This document shows, piece by piece, positions 15,701 through 24,275 of a stretch of DNA of 64,000 nucleotides; the first letter of the stretch is position 1, and every line of letters starts with the position of its first letter. The position numbers and the translations under genes are program-made. The notes under the pieces were generated by a model. The model saw only the letters and a program-made list of their open reading frames with translations, was not told where the DNA came from and did not search any database. The stretch is from Elusimicrobiota bacterium (lineage in GTDB: Bacteria > Elusimicrobiota > Elusimicrobia > UBA1565 > UBA9628): NCBI GenBank assembly GCA_030696455.1, contig JAUYSH010000121.1:10078-74077 (forward strand). Reading direction: 5' to 3'.

Positions 15701-16786
15701 TTACATCAAAGACGCGCCGGAGCGGCCCGTGATGCCGGCGAGCTGCTTGAATGTTTCCTGGTTGTTGGCGCGCTGAAGGGCCTCGTCGGGTGCGACCAGG
15801 CCGGTGCGCACGAGCTCGGCCAGGGACTTGTCCATCGGGATCATGCCGTGCTTGGCGCCGGTGTCGAGCGCGCCGTAGATCATGTGCGTCTTGCCCTCGC
15901 GGATCATGTTCGAGATCGCGGGGGTCATGATCATGATCTCGCGCGCGGCCACGCGGCCCTCGCCGTCCTTCTTGGTCACGAGCTGCTGGCAGACGACCGC
16001 CGAGAGCACGACCGCGAGCTGGACGCGGATCTGGGCCTGCTGGTGCGGGGGAAACACGTCGATGATGCGGTCGATCGTCGACGGCGCGTCCTGCGTGTGC
16101 AAGGTGCCGAAGCACAGGTGGCCCGTCTCGGCGGCGGTGATCGCGAGCTGCATCGTCTCGAGGTCGCGCAGCTCGCCGATGAGGATGACGTCGGGGTCCT
16201 GACGCAGCGCGGACTTCAGCGCGGCTCCGAAGGACTTGGTGTTCTGGCCGATCTCGCGCTGGCGGAACACGGACTTTTTCGACTCATAAACGAACTCGAT
16301 GGGGTCCTCGACGGTCAGGATGTTGTCCGCGTATTTATTGTTGATCAGCTCCATGATCACGGCGAGCGTCGTGGACTTGCCCGAGCCCGTGGGGCCGGTG
16401 ACGAGCACGAGGCCACGCGGCAGGTCGGCGAGGTCGGTGATGGACTTGGGCAGGCGCAGCTGCTCGGCCGTGGGGATCTTGGAGGTGATGACGCGCATGA
16501 CGGCCTCGACGCCGTTCTTCTGCAAGAAAACGTTGACGCGGAACCGGGAGAGGCCCGTGACCGCGAACGAGCAGTCGAGCTCCCAGGTCTCCTCGAACTT
16601 GGCGCGCTGTTCCTCGTACAAAATAGAGTAAATGAGGCGCTTGGACTCGTCGGCCGTGATCTTGGCGAAGCCGGGAATCTCGGCCATCTCGCCGTTGACG
16701 CGCATCAAAGGCGGCTTGCCGATCACGAGGTGGATGTCGCTCGAGCCGGCCTGCACGGCGGTTTTCAGCACTTCGACGAGTTCCAT
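15701..16786 (-). CDS. pilT: Type IV pilus retraction ATPase PilT (paralogue 1)
   Basis: 361 aa starting MELVEVLKTAVQAGSSDIHLVIGKPPLMRVNGEM. Walker A GPTGSGKST is present, with ..LRQDPDVILIGELRDLETM.. and ..GHLCFGTLHT.. Confidence 0.92.
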   Translation of the reverse strand: MELVEVLKTAVQAGSSDIHLVIGKPPLMRVNGEMAEIPGFAKITADESKRLIYSILYEEQRAKFEETWELDCSFAVTGLSRFRVNVFLQKNGVEAVMRVITSKIPTAEQLRLPKSITDLADLPRGLVLVTGPTGSGKSTTLAVIMELINNKYADNILTVEDPIEFVYESKKSVFRQREIGQNTKSFGAALKSALRQDPDVILIGELRDLETMQLAITAAETGHLCFGTLHTQDAPSTIDRIIDVFPPHQQAQIRVQLAVVLSAVVCQQLVTKKDGEGRVAAREIMIMTPAISNMIREGKTHMIYGALDTGAKHGMIPMDKSLAELVRTGLVAPDEALQRANNQETFKQLAGITGRSGASLM

Positions 16787-16794
16787 GATCTCTC

Positions 16795-17763
16795 CTAGTC
16801 GCTACAGTCGTCGCCGAGCTCGACGCTGACATCGACGCCGCGCAGGGCGTCGATGCGGGTCGCCGCGATCGCCGTCGGACAGCCGAGCGCCGCGCGGACC
16901 CGCGCGGCGCTTTCGAATTCACCGATCCTGTCGTACACCGTCGTTTGCGAACGCGGCTGGGCCTTCCCGAGCGCCATGACGTCCACGCCGTTCAATCTTA
17001 GAACTTTAGCCGCCTGAGCCGCCAGACCCGGCGAGGTCGTGCCGTTGAGCACCTCCGCGACGATCGCTTTGTCGCCGCCGCGCGGCTCGACCTGAGGGGC
17101 GAAGGCGCGCGCGAGGAAGGCGGATGAGGCGGCGTCGTCGGGCAGCAGGGCGGGCTGCAGGCGGTCAAACGGGACGCGGCGCAGTTCGAGGGTCAGGAGC
17201 AGGGCGTCTCCGGCGGAGCGGTCTCCGGCCAGAAAGCCGGCGGCCGCCGCGCGCACCAGGCGCCACAGGGCGCGCGGCGAGCGCCCCCGGGCCTTGAGGG
17301 CGGCCGCGGCGGCGGCGGCGGGCTCGTCGGGCTCCTCGAAGGTCTCGAGTTCCAGTCTCAGGCGGCCGGCGCCGTCCCACCGGATGGGCTCGAGGGAAAG
17401 CTCGGTAAACCGGATCTGCGCGAGGTCCTCCACCGCGCGCGAGGCCGAGGGCGCGTCGCCAGACGCGCGCAGGGCGTCGCGGTAGGCGCCGTCCGCGGTG
17501 ACCTTTCCCCGCAGCCTGGCCGTCCCGGGCACGCGGATCAGCACGAGGACGCGGCGCAGGGGGTGGTAGACGCCGAGGTGGAAGCCCGGCGCGGCGGCGG
17601 AGCCGGGCTCGCGGACCTCCAGCCAGAAGGGCCAGGGCTCCGCGGCCCTCAGGCGCGCGGCGAACGGCGAGGCGCGCTCGGCGGCGGCGGCGCCGAGGAC
17701 CGCGGTAAGCATGGCGAGGGCCAGCCCGCGCTGGACGTTCAGCGCGGCGCGAGGGAATTCCAT
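16795..17763 (-). CDS. Secreted or membrane-anchored protein with a C-terminal LytR_C-like domain
   Basis: Starts at MEFPRAALNVQRGLALAMLTAVLGAAAA (signal/anchor). The C-terminus ..VAEVLNGTTSPGLAAQAAKVLRLNGVDVMALGKA..TTVYDR.. resembles LytR_C. The start is uncertain; the gene overlaps the nadD stop by 25 nt. Confidence 0.65.
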   Translation of the reverse strand: MEFPRAALNVQRGLALAMLTAVLGAAAAERASPFAARLRAAEPWPFWLEVREPGSAAAPGFHLGVYHPLRRVLVLIRVPGTARLRGKVTADGAYRDALRASGDAPSASRAVEDLAQIRFTELSLEPIRWDGAGRLRLELETFEEPDEPAAAAAAALKARGRSPRALWRLVRAAAAGFLAGDRSAGDALLLTLELRRVPFDRLQPALLPDDAASSAFLARAFAPQVEPRGGDKAIVAEVLNGTTSPGLAAQAAKVLRLNGVDVMALGKAQPRSQTTVYDRIGEFESAARVRAALGCPTAIAATRIDALRGVDVSVELGDDCSD

Positions 17764-18860
17764 AGGTGGACGGTGAGCGGGTGGAGCCATGCTTCGCGCG
17801 AGACGGCGTGGATCAGTTTGTCCGAAACGCAGCGCTTGAGGGCCGCGTCGAGGTCGACGAAGGCCAGGTCGCGCGTGGCGGCCGAGGTCTCGTGCGAGCG
17901 GTCGAGAGCGCATGCGTCGGCTACGTACAAGATCTTGTCGAGAAGGCTCATGCGGCGGTCGCCAAGGGTGTGGCGGCGGATGGCATTCAAAACCTCGGGG
18001 TCGCGCACGCCGAATTCGCGCCGCGCAATGTCGGCGGAGGCATAAGCGTGAAGAAGCATCGGATCTAGATCGAGAATAATGGCCCGTTCCGGGACCGCCA
18101 ACCGCCGTCGGCGCGCGTAGCGCGCCAATTCATGCGGACGAAAGCGCCGTCCGGCGTCATGCAGAAGTCCCGCGAGCAGCGCCTTGGCGGGATCCGCCCC
18201 CCAGCGCCGCGCGAGGGCCTCGGCCAAGGAGGCCACGTTGAGCGTGTGGGCGTAGCGACTTGCAGAGAGGGTCGTGCTGAGTCGAGTCACCATCCTTTTG
18301 CCGTACAAGCGATGTTGATCTATGTAGGCCGCGACGTCCGGGTGCAAATCGTTGGTGCAGTCGCGGCCGAGGGCCAGGTCCGAACGGAGTTTCGACGAGG
18401 AGATGGCGGGGAACCGTCCCGGGATGCGGCGGAAATGAGCGGGGGGGAGGGCGCTCGCGCCGGGACGGGCGCCGTACCACCAGGTAGCGAGCTTCTTCAG
18501 GCGGGAAGGATTTCTCCACTGAGGAAAGGAAACGGCGGAGTCCTGGCCGCACAGGAAATGCAGTTCGCCTTGGAGCGTGCCGAGGGTCTCCACTGTAAAG
18601 ACCCGGCGGCGAGCGCGCGCTTCGCGTGCGTCGATACGACAGGGTTTTCGGTATTTCAACGGCAACGGATCGAGAATACCCAGACGGGCCATGGTGAGAC
18701 GATCCTTGGAGCTTGCCTGCGGCGCGTCCTTCAAAGGAGCCCTGTAGGCAGGAACGATCAACACCTTGTCGGGACGGATCTTGCTTATCGCGGCCTGAAG
18801 CAACAACGCGTGGCCGCGATGGGGTGGATCGAATGTGCCGCCGTAGACGAGGACGCGCAT
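17739..18860 (-). CDS. nadD: Nicotinate-nucleotide adenylyltransferase fused to an HD-domain (YqeK-like) hydrolase
   Basis: Starts at MRVLVYGGTFDPPHRGHALLL (HxGH nucleotidyltransferase motif). The C-terminal half has ..RYAHTLNVASLAEALARRWG..ALLAGLLHDAGR.. (HD motif). Confidence 0.88.
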   Translation of the reverse strand: MRVLVYGGTFDPPHRGHALLLQAAISKIRPDKVLIVPAYRAPLKDAPQASSKDRLTMARLGILDPLPLKYRKPCRIDAREARARRRVFTVETLGTLQGELHFLCGQDSAVSFPQWRNPSRLKKLATWWYGARPGASALPPAHFRRIPGRFPAISSSKLRSDLALGRDCTNDLHPDVAAYIDQHRLYGKRMVTRLSTTLSASRYAHTLNVASLAEALARRWGADPAKALLAGLLHDAGRRFRPHELARYARRRRLAVPERAIILDLDPMLLHAYASADIARREFGVRDPEVLNAIRRHTLGDRRMSLLDKILYVADACALDRSHETSAATRDLAFVDLDAALKRCVSDKLIHAVSREAWLHPLTVHLWNSLAPR

Positions 18861-18892
18861 GGGAACTTCCATTCTACCGTCCTCGGAGCGGC

Positions 18893-18922
18893 TTGACAAT
18901 GAGAGCCTGTAAACGGGATGAT
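18893..18922 (+). promoter_or_regulatory. Candidate promoter of the DUF1015 gene
   Basis: Perfect -35 TTGACA (18893-18898) and a weak -10 GATGAT (18917-18922, 18-bp spacer), then 5 nt to the ATG at 18928. No SD is present. Confidence 0.3.
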
Positions 18923-18927
18923 GATTT

Positions 18928-20091
18928 ATGGCTGATGTCCGACCTTTTCGGGGGGTTCGTTATACCGTCCCTTCCCTGAGCTCCGCGCTGTGTCCTCCTT
19001 ATGATGTGATAGGGCCGGAGCTCGCCGCCGCGTTGCGGCGGCGGACCGTCAATGCGATCCATTTGGAACTGCCTCAGGGGGAGCCGCCCGCGAAATACGG
19101 AAGAGCGGCGGCTTTGTGGCGTAAATGGACCGTGGACGGGACTCTCTCTCGGGACCCGAAGGCCGCGTTCTATGCTATCGAAGAGCGCTATGTTTTGAAC
19201 GGCAAAAAATTTACTCGTCGCGGAATCCTCTCCGCCCTCGGCGCGACCCCCAAGGCCGCTCAGTCTATTATTCCCCACGAACGAACCTTGGCTAAACCCA
19301 AGGTGGATCGCCTGAAGATGCTCGACGCCGTCGGCGTCAACATCTCCCCGATCTTCGGCGTCTTCGCGGATCCGTCCGGCGCGGCCCGTAAAGCGATCCG
19401 GGCCGGGATGAAAGGGCGCCCGGACGCGGCGGGGAAGTCGCACGCCGCCGTTGATTATAAGGTCTGGGTCGTCGACGAACCAAAACTTGTCGCCGCGATC
19501 CGCAAGGCGCTCTCCCCCCGTTCTATTTTGATCGCCGACGGCCACCATCGCTACTCGGTGAGCCGCGACCATCACGCCAAGACGAAGGGGCCGGGCACCG
19601 ACGCCGTCCTCACCTACCTCGTTCCCGACGAGGACTCCGGGCTCGTCGTGCTTCCCACGCATCGCATCGCCCAGAAAAGCCTGCTCAAGCGCGCGGCCGG
19701 ATTCGCTTCTCTTAAGAAGGCGCGGGGTCTGGCCGAGCTGCTCAAGCTCGTTGAGCGCTCCCGGAACCCTTACGCGTTCGGCCTCATCGAGAGCGGCTTT
19801 TACTTCGGCGAGCCCAAGCCTAACGGCTGCCGCAGCGGCCTCGCCGTCGAATGGCTGGGCGCGAACCTGCTCTCGCAGATCCGTCCCGACGAGATGAGCT
19901 ACACGCCCGACGCCGCGCTCGCCGCGAGGAAGGCGAAGGCCTCGCGCGGAGCGGCCGTGCTCGTCAAGCCCTTCTCGGTCGCGCAGGTGCGGCGCGCGGC
20001 CAAGGCCGTCGGACTGCTTCCCCAGAAATCCACCTACTTCTTCCCCAAGATCGCGACCGGGCTGGCCTTCCGCCCGCTGGACGCCCAGTGA
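18928..20091 (+). CDS. DUF1015 family protein
   Basis: The N-terminus MADVRPFRGVRYTVP....LCPPYDVIG.. and ..ILIADGHHRY.. match my memory of the DUF1015 family signature. Confidence 0.75.
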   Translation: MADVRPFRGVRYTVPSLSSALCPPYDVIGPELAAALRRRTVNAIHLELPQGEPPAKYGRAAALWRKWTVDGTLSRDPKAAFYAIEERYVLNGKKFTRRGILSALGATPKAAQSIIPHERTLAKPKVDRLKMLDAVGVNISPIFGVFADPSGAARKAIRAGMKGRPDAAGKSHAAVDYKVWVVDEPKLVAAIRKALSPRSILIADGHHRYSVSRDHHAKTKGPGTDAVLTYLVPDEDSGLVVLPTHRIAQKSLLKRAAGFASLKKARGLAELLKLVERSRNPYAFGLIESGFYFGEPKPNGCRSGLAVEWLGANLLSQIRPDEMSYTPDAALAARKAKASRGAAVLVKPFSVAQVRRAAKAVGLLPQKSTYFFPKIATGLAFRPLDAQ

Positions 20092-20777
20092 AGTTCTCCG
20101 TCATCATCGCGGCGTACAATGAGGGGCCGCAGATCGGCTCCTCGCTCAAGCGCCTGCGGCAGATCTCCCACACGAGCCCCATGGAGGTGATCGTCGTCGA
20201 CGGCGGCTCCGACGACGGCACGGTCGAGGCCGCGCGGGAATGGGCCGACGAGGTGCTGGAGCAGGGCAAGCCCAACCGCGGGGCGCAGTGGCACGCGGGC
20301 GCGGAGAAGGCGACAGGTGACCTGCTCTTCTTCCTGCGCGCCGACGCCCAGCCGCCGGGGAATTGGCAACAAGCCCTCGAGCATTTCTGGCTCGCCACGC
20401 CGACGGGGGGCCTTGCCGCCACCGCCTTTTCGGTTTCCTACGGCGCGGGCGCGGGGCTCTCCTTGCTGTCGATGTGGTCCAACGCGCGCGTGCGCTCGGG
20501 CCTTGCCTCCTCCGATCACGGGCTGTGCACGACGCCGGAGATCTACAAGGCCGTCGGCGGCTTCCCCGCGTTCCCCGTCCTCGAAGACCTGGAGTTCTCC
20601 CGCCGCCTGGCCGCGCGCGGACGCATCGCGCTGCTGCCCGAGCGCATCCGCCCCGCCGCCCGCCACGTCCATTCGATCGGCCCGCTCGCCTACATCGCCC
20701 GCCGCGTCTGGCTCGAGACCCGCTATAAGGCGGGCGTCACCCCCGAAAAGCTCTTCGCCGCCGCCCCGAACTTGTAG
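20088..20777 (+). CDS. Family 2 glycosyltransferase
   Basis: The GTG at 20088 overlaps the upstream TGA (GTGA). VKFSVIIAAYNEGPQIGSSL..EVIVVDGGSDDGT.. and ..ATGDLLFFLRADAQ.. (DxD-like) are present. Confidence 0.8.
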   Translation: MKFSVIIAAYNEGPQIGSSLKRLRQISHTSPMEVIVVDGGSDDGTVEAAREWADEVLEQGKPNRGAQWHAGAEKATGDLLFFLRADAQPPGNWQQALEHFWLATPTGGLAATAFSVSYGAGAGLSLLSMWSNARVRSGLASSDHGLCTTPEIYKAVGGFPAFPVLEDLEFSRRLAARGRIALLPERIRPAARHVHSIGPLAYIARRVWLETRYKAGVTPEKLFAAAPNL

Positions 20778-20820
20778 CCGGGGTCAGACCTCCCGTTGTT
20801 GCGTTGTCGGGGGCAGGCCC

Positions 20821-21840
20821 CTATTCGGCGAGCAGGATCGGCACGGATGGCGGCGGGGCGTCGGCGGGGAGGGCGTCGAAGAACTCCGAGATCAGGCGGG
20901 CGATCTCGTCGCAGTCCATCGTCGAGCAGACGCCGACGCGCATGATCTTGTTGTGGGGAAGGCCCTGGGTGTACCAGACGGTGATGCGGCGCATGTTCAG
21001 CGCGGCTTGGCGGTCGCCGAGGAGCCGGCGCTCGAGGGAGAGATGCTTGAGCAAGGTCGCCTTCCGCTCCGGCACCGTGGGGACGTAGGCCGCGTCGCGG
21101 CGGCCGTTCATCGCATCGTCGAGGTTCTTGTAGATCCAGGGATTGCCCAGGCCGCCCCGGCCGATCATGATGCCGTCGCAGCCGGAGACCTCGAGCAGGC
21201 GCCGGGCGTCGTCGGGGGTCAGCACGTCGCCGTTGCCGATGACGGGGATGTTCACCGCCCTCTTCACCTTGCCGATGGCCTCCCAGTCCGACTTGCCGGC
21301 GTAGCCCTGCGCCTGGGTGCGGCCGTGGATCGTGACGGCGCACAGCCCGGCGCCCTCGGCGCGCTTGGCGAGCTCGACGGCCTCGTCGCCCGACGGGTCC
21401 TTAAAGCCCTTGCGGGTCTTCATCGTGACCGGGATCTTCACCGCCGCGCGGACCGCGCGGAAGACCTTTTCGGCGACCGCGGGATTCGTCAGCAGCGCCG
21501 AGCCCTCGCCGTTGCCGACGACCTTCTTGACCGGGCAGCCGAGGTTCATGTCGATGAGGTCGAAGCCCATCTCCTCGAGGATGCGCGCCGCCTCGGCCAT
21601 CATGCCGGGGTCGCAGCCGAGCAACTGCGCGCCCAGCGGCTTGTCCTCGGGCGAGGTGTTGAGCATGCGGCGGGTCTTGGCGTTCTCGCGCGTCAGCGAC
21701 TGCGCGGAGATCATCTCCAGGTAGCAGAACCCGAGCCCCTTCTCGCGCCCGATCAGCCGGAAAGGCAGGTCGGAGCAGGCGGCGAGGGGGGACTGGATGA
21801 TCTTCGACGGAAGAAGGAGGTCTCCGATCCGGAGTGTCAC
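20821..21840 (-). CDS. dus: tRNA-dihydrouridine synthase
   Basis: 339 aa with ..SPLAACSDLPFRLI.., ..IDMNLGCPVKKV.. and ..VTIHGRT..Y.G.SDWEAI.., typical Dus/DusB family. Confidence 0.88.
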   Translation of the reverse strand: MTLRIGDLLLPSKIIQSPLAACSDLPFRLIGREKGLGFCYLEMISAQSLTRENAKTRRMLNTSPEDKPLGAQLLGCDPGMMAEAARILEEMGFDLIDMNLGCPVKKVVGNGEGSALLTNPAVAEKVFRAVRAAVKIPVTMKTRKGFKDPSGDEAVELAKRAEGAGLCAVTIHGRTQAQGYAGKSDWEAIGKVKRAVNIPVIGNGDVLTPDDARRLLEVSGCDGIMIGRGGLGNPWIYKNLDDAMNGRRDAAYVPTVPERKATLLKHLSLERRLLGDRQAALNMRRITVWYTQGLPHNKIMRVGVCSTMDCDEIARLISEFFDALPADAPPPSVPILLAE

Positions 21841-21859
21841 AAGACGATTTTAGCACTTC

Positions 21860-21868
21860 TGCTATAAT
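21860..21868 (+). promoter_or_regulatory. Extended -10 promoter element (leaderless geometry)
   Basis: TGCTATAAT (21860-21868; TGn plus perfect TATAAT), then 7 nt to the ATG at 21876. No SD and no convincing -35. Confidence 0.5.
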
Positions 21869-21875
21869 CGGCGGC

Positions 21876-22853
21876 ATGAGCAAGCCTAAGGTCCTCGTCA
21901 CGCGCCGCGTCCCCCAGGAGTGCCTCGACCTTCTGAAGAAGCATTTCGAGCTCGAGCACTACGACAAGGGGACCGCGATCCCGCGCAAGCGGCTGCTCAA
22001 GAGCGTCAAGGACAAGGACGGCCTCCTGTGCCTGCTCACCGACAGGATCGACTCCGAGCTGCTCGCCGCCGGGCCGGGGCTGAAGGCGGTCTCGACTTTC
22101 TCCGTCGGCTACGACCATATCGACGTGCCCGCGTGCAAAGCGCGCGGCGTGTCCGTCACCAACACCCCCGGCGTGCTGACCGAGTCCACCGCGGACTTCA
22201 CCTGGGCCCTGCTGATGGCGGCGGCGCGCCGCGTCGTCGAGGGCGACGCGTACATGCGCGGCGGCCGGTACAAGGGCTGGGACCCGCTGATGCTGCTCGG
22301 CACCGACGTGTTCGGCCAGACGCTCGGGATCATCGGCTTCGGTCGCATCGGCCAGGCCGTGGCCAAGCGCGCGGGGGGCTTCTCCATGAGGGTGCTCTAC
22401 TACGACACGCGCCGGGCGGCGCCCGAGGCCGAGACGGCGCTGAACGCGAAGTTCGTGCCGCTCGACGAGCTCCTGCGCGAGTCCGACTACGTCTCGGTCC
22501 ACACCGTGCTCGACGAGGGCACGCGCCACCTGCTCGACGACCGCGCCTTCGGCCTGATGAAGAGGTCTGCGTGCCTGATCAACGCGGCCCGCGGCCCGAT
22601 CGTCGACGAGAAGGCGCTGGTGCGCGCGCTCAAGTCGGACCGGATCCGGGGCGCGGGCCTGGACGTGTACGAATGGGAGCCGAAGATGGCGCCCGGGCTC
22701 GCTTCCTGCAAGAACGCCGTCCTGGCGCCTCACCTGGCCTCGGCCACCCTCGAGACGCGCAGGAAGATGGGCATGATGGCGGCGTCGGGCCTCGTCGACG
22801 CCCTGATCTGCGGCGCCCGCTCGCCCTACGCGGTCGACGAGCAGCCGGCCTAG
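21876..22853 (+). CDS. D-isomer-specific 2-hydroxyacid dehydrogenase (glyoxylate/hydroxypyruvate reductase-like)
   Basis: Starts at MSKPKVLVTRRVP. NAD-binding motif GIIGFGRIGQAVAKRA is present, with ..LINAARGPIVDE.. and ..GAGLDVYE.EP... Confidence 0.85.
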   Translation: MSKPKVLVTRRVPQECLDLLKKHFELEHYDKGTAIPRKRLLKSVKDKDGLLCLLTDRIDSELLAAGPGLKAVSTFSVGYDHIDVPACKARGVSVTNTPGVLTESTADFTWALLMAAARRVVEGDAYMRGGRYKGWDPLMLLGTDVFGQTLGIIGFGRIGQAVAKRAGGFSMRVLYYDTRRAAPEAETALNAKFVPLDELLRESDYVSVHTVLDEGTRHLLDDRAFGLMKRSACLINAARGPIVDEKALVRALKSDRIRGAGLDVYEWEPKMAPGLASCKNAVLAPHLASATLETRRKMGMMAASGLVDALICGARSPYAVDEQPA

Positions 22854-23497
22854 GCGTTCAGGAAACGCAGAAGGGCCGCGACCGCGGCCTCGACGCGGGT
22901 GAGGACGAACAGGGTGATCTCCTCGCGCATGCCCGTCTCGCTCCGGGTCACGGTCATGAACTCCGCGAAGTTTCGCCGCGCGCGGCGCACGATGTAGGCG
23001 CGACGGCGTTCGTTCCGGGGGGCGCGGTCGAGCATGGCCTTGAGGCGGTCGAGTTCCAGGCGGCCCGCGGCGTCGGCGACCATGGTCTGCCAGGGCTTGC
23101 CCCGGCGCTCGGGCGGCAGCGTCTCGGTGTCGAAGAGGGTCTTGACCTTTCCGCCGGTGAGGAGGTCCTTGACGGCCTCGCGCCGCGCCGCCGGATCGCC
23201 GCCCGGGTCGAGGTGGAAGGACAGGTCGGCGAACACGTCCGGGGTGAGGAGCTTCTCGAAGGTTTCCTTGTGATCCATCAGCGCGCCGGGCTTGAGGAAG
23301 GGCTCCCGGAGATCCTCGAGCAGGCGGGCGGCGGCCTGTTCGTACAGGGAGCGCTTGTAGTCGCGCAGGGGCCCCCCGCAGTCGTCCAGCTTGCGGCGCA
23401 TGTAGCTCCACGGATCGGTCTCGTAGCCGCGTACGCCGGCCGGGTAGCTGGCCGCCTCGCCGAGGCGGGCGAGAAGCGGGAGTGCGGTCGCGCTCAC
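22850..23497 (-). CDS. Hypothetical protein (no signal peptide seen)
   Basis: The GTG at 23497 overlaps the stop of the upstream gene (GTGA). Composition is ordinary (..YMRRKLDDCGGPLRDYKRSLYEQAAARLLEDL..). No family recognised. The part of ORF 22850..23776 upstream of 23497 lies antisense to the neighbouring gene. Confidence 0.55.
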   Translation of the reverse strand: MSATALPLLARLGEAASYPAGVRGYETDPWSYMRRKLDDCGGPLRDYKRSLYEQAAARLLEDLREPFLKPGALMDHKETFEKLLTPDVFADLSFHLDPGGDPAARREAVKDLLTGGKVKTLFDTETLPPERRGKPWQTMVADAAGRLELDRLKAMLDRAPRNERRRAYIVRRARRNFAEFMTVTRSETGMREEITLFVLTRVEAAVAALLRFLNA

Positions 23498-24198
23498 GGG
23501 GCTTTCCCGACCCGGTCCGGCAGGCCGTGGATAAGGTACACGGCCGGGAAGCGGCCGCCGGGGGTGGACTCGTCCCAGGACCGGTAGGCATAGACGTTGG
23601 GGCGGCCGTCCTCCCAGGGGTCGAAGGCCAGGCACACCGTGGGCGATTCCGCCGGGGAGCAGGCGACGGCGGCGGTGTGGTAGGGCCTCGTCGCCCGGCG
23701 CTCGTCGCGCGCGCCCCAGTGCTCGAGCTCCATGGCCGTGAATTCCGACCATATCAGGTCCGACCAGTCCCGGCACAGCCCTTTCTCGCGCCTGTTCATC
23801 GAGATCAAGGTGTCGAGCGCCTCGCGCTTGGCCGCCAGAGCGGCGTTCAGCCGCTTTTCCATGCGGTAATCGCCTTCTTTTCGCGCGTTGAGGGATTCCT
23901 GGAGCTCGGCGATCTCCTTTTTCCGCAGATCGATCATGCCCTCGACGAGCCGCGCAGGCTGAAAGGGCTCGTCGACATCCTCGATGACGGCCTCGCTGAG
24001 CACTCGCGGGCGCCAGCCGCCCTCGAGCTTGCGCGCGACCGCGTCCCTGTAGCGGCGGAACATCTTCTTGAGCTCGACGCGCGCCTCCACCGGCAGGGCC
24101 TCGATCTGCTCCCGGGCCTGTTGGGCGGCCAGGCCGGCCTCCTCCTCCTGGGCGGAAGCGGGAACGGCAAGAATCACGGCCAAGGCGAGGGCGCGCAC
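23494..24198 (-). CDS. Hypothetical secreted protein
   Basis: Signal peptide MRALALAVILAVPASAQ, a charged helical N-terminal half, and a Trp/Cys-containing C-terminal half. No family recognised. Confidence 0.6.
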   Translation of the reverse strand: MRALALAVILAVPASAQEEEAGLAAQQAREQIEALPVEARVELKKMFRRYRDAVARKLEGGWRPRVLSEAVIEDVDEPFQPARLVEGMIDLRKKEIAELQESLNARKEGDYRMEKRLNAALAAKREALDTLISMNRREKGLCRDWSDLIWSEFTAMELEHWGARDERRATRPYHTAAVACSPAESPTVCLAFDPWEDGRPNVYAYRSWDESTPGGRFPAVYLIHGLPDRVGKAP

Positions 24199-24239
24199 GA
24201 CGACAGGATAGTCCTCCCCGCCCCCGCCGTCAAGGCCCC

Positions 24240-24268
24240 TTGGACGCCCTATCCATAATAGGTAGAAT
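24240..24268 (+). promoter_or_regulatory. Promoter (leaderless geometry) of glgP
   Basis: -35 TTGGAC (24240-24245), 17-bp spacer, -10 TAGAAT (24263-24268), then 7 nt to the ATG at 24276. No SD is present. Confidence 0.5.
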
Positions 24269-24275
24269 CACTCTT

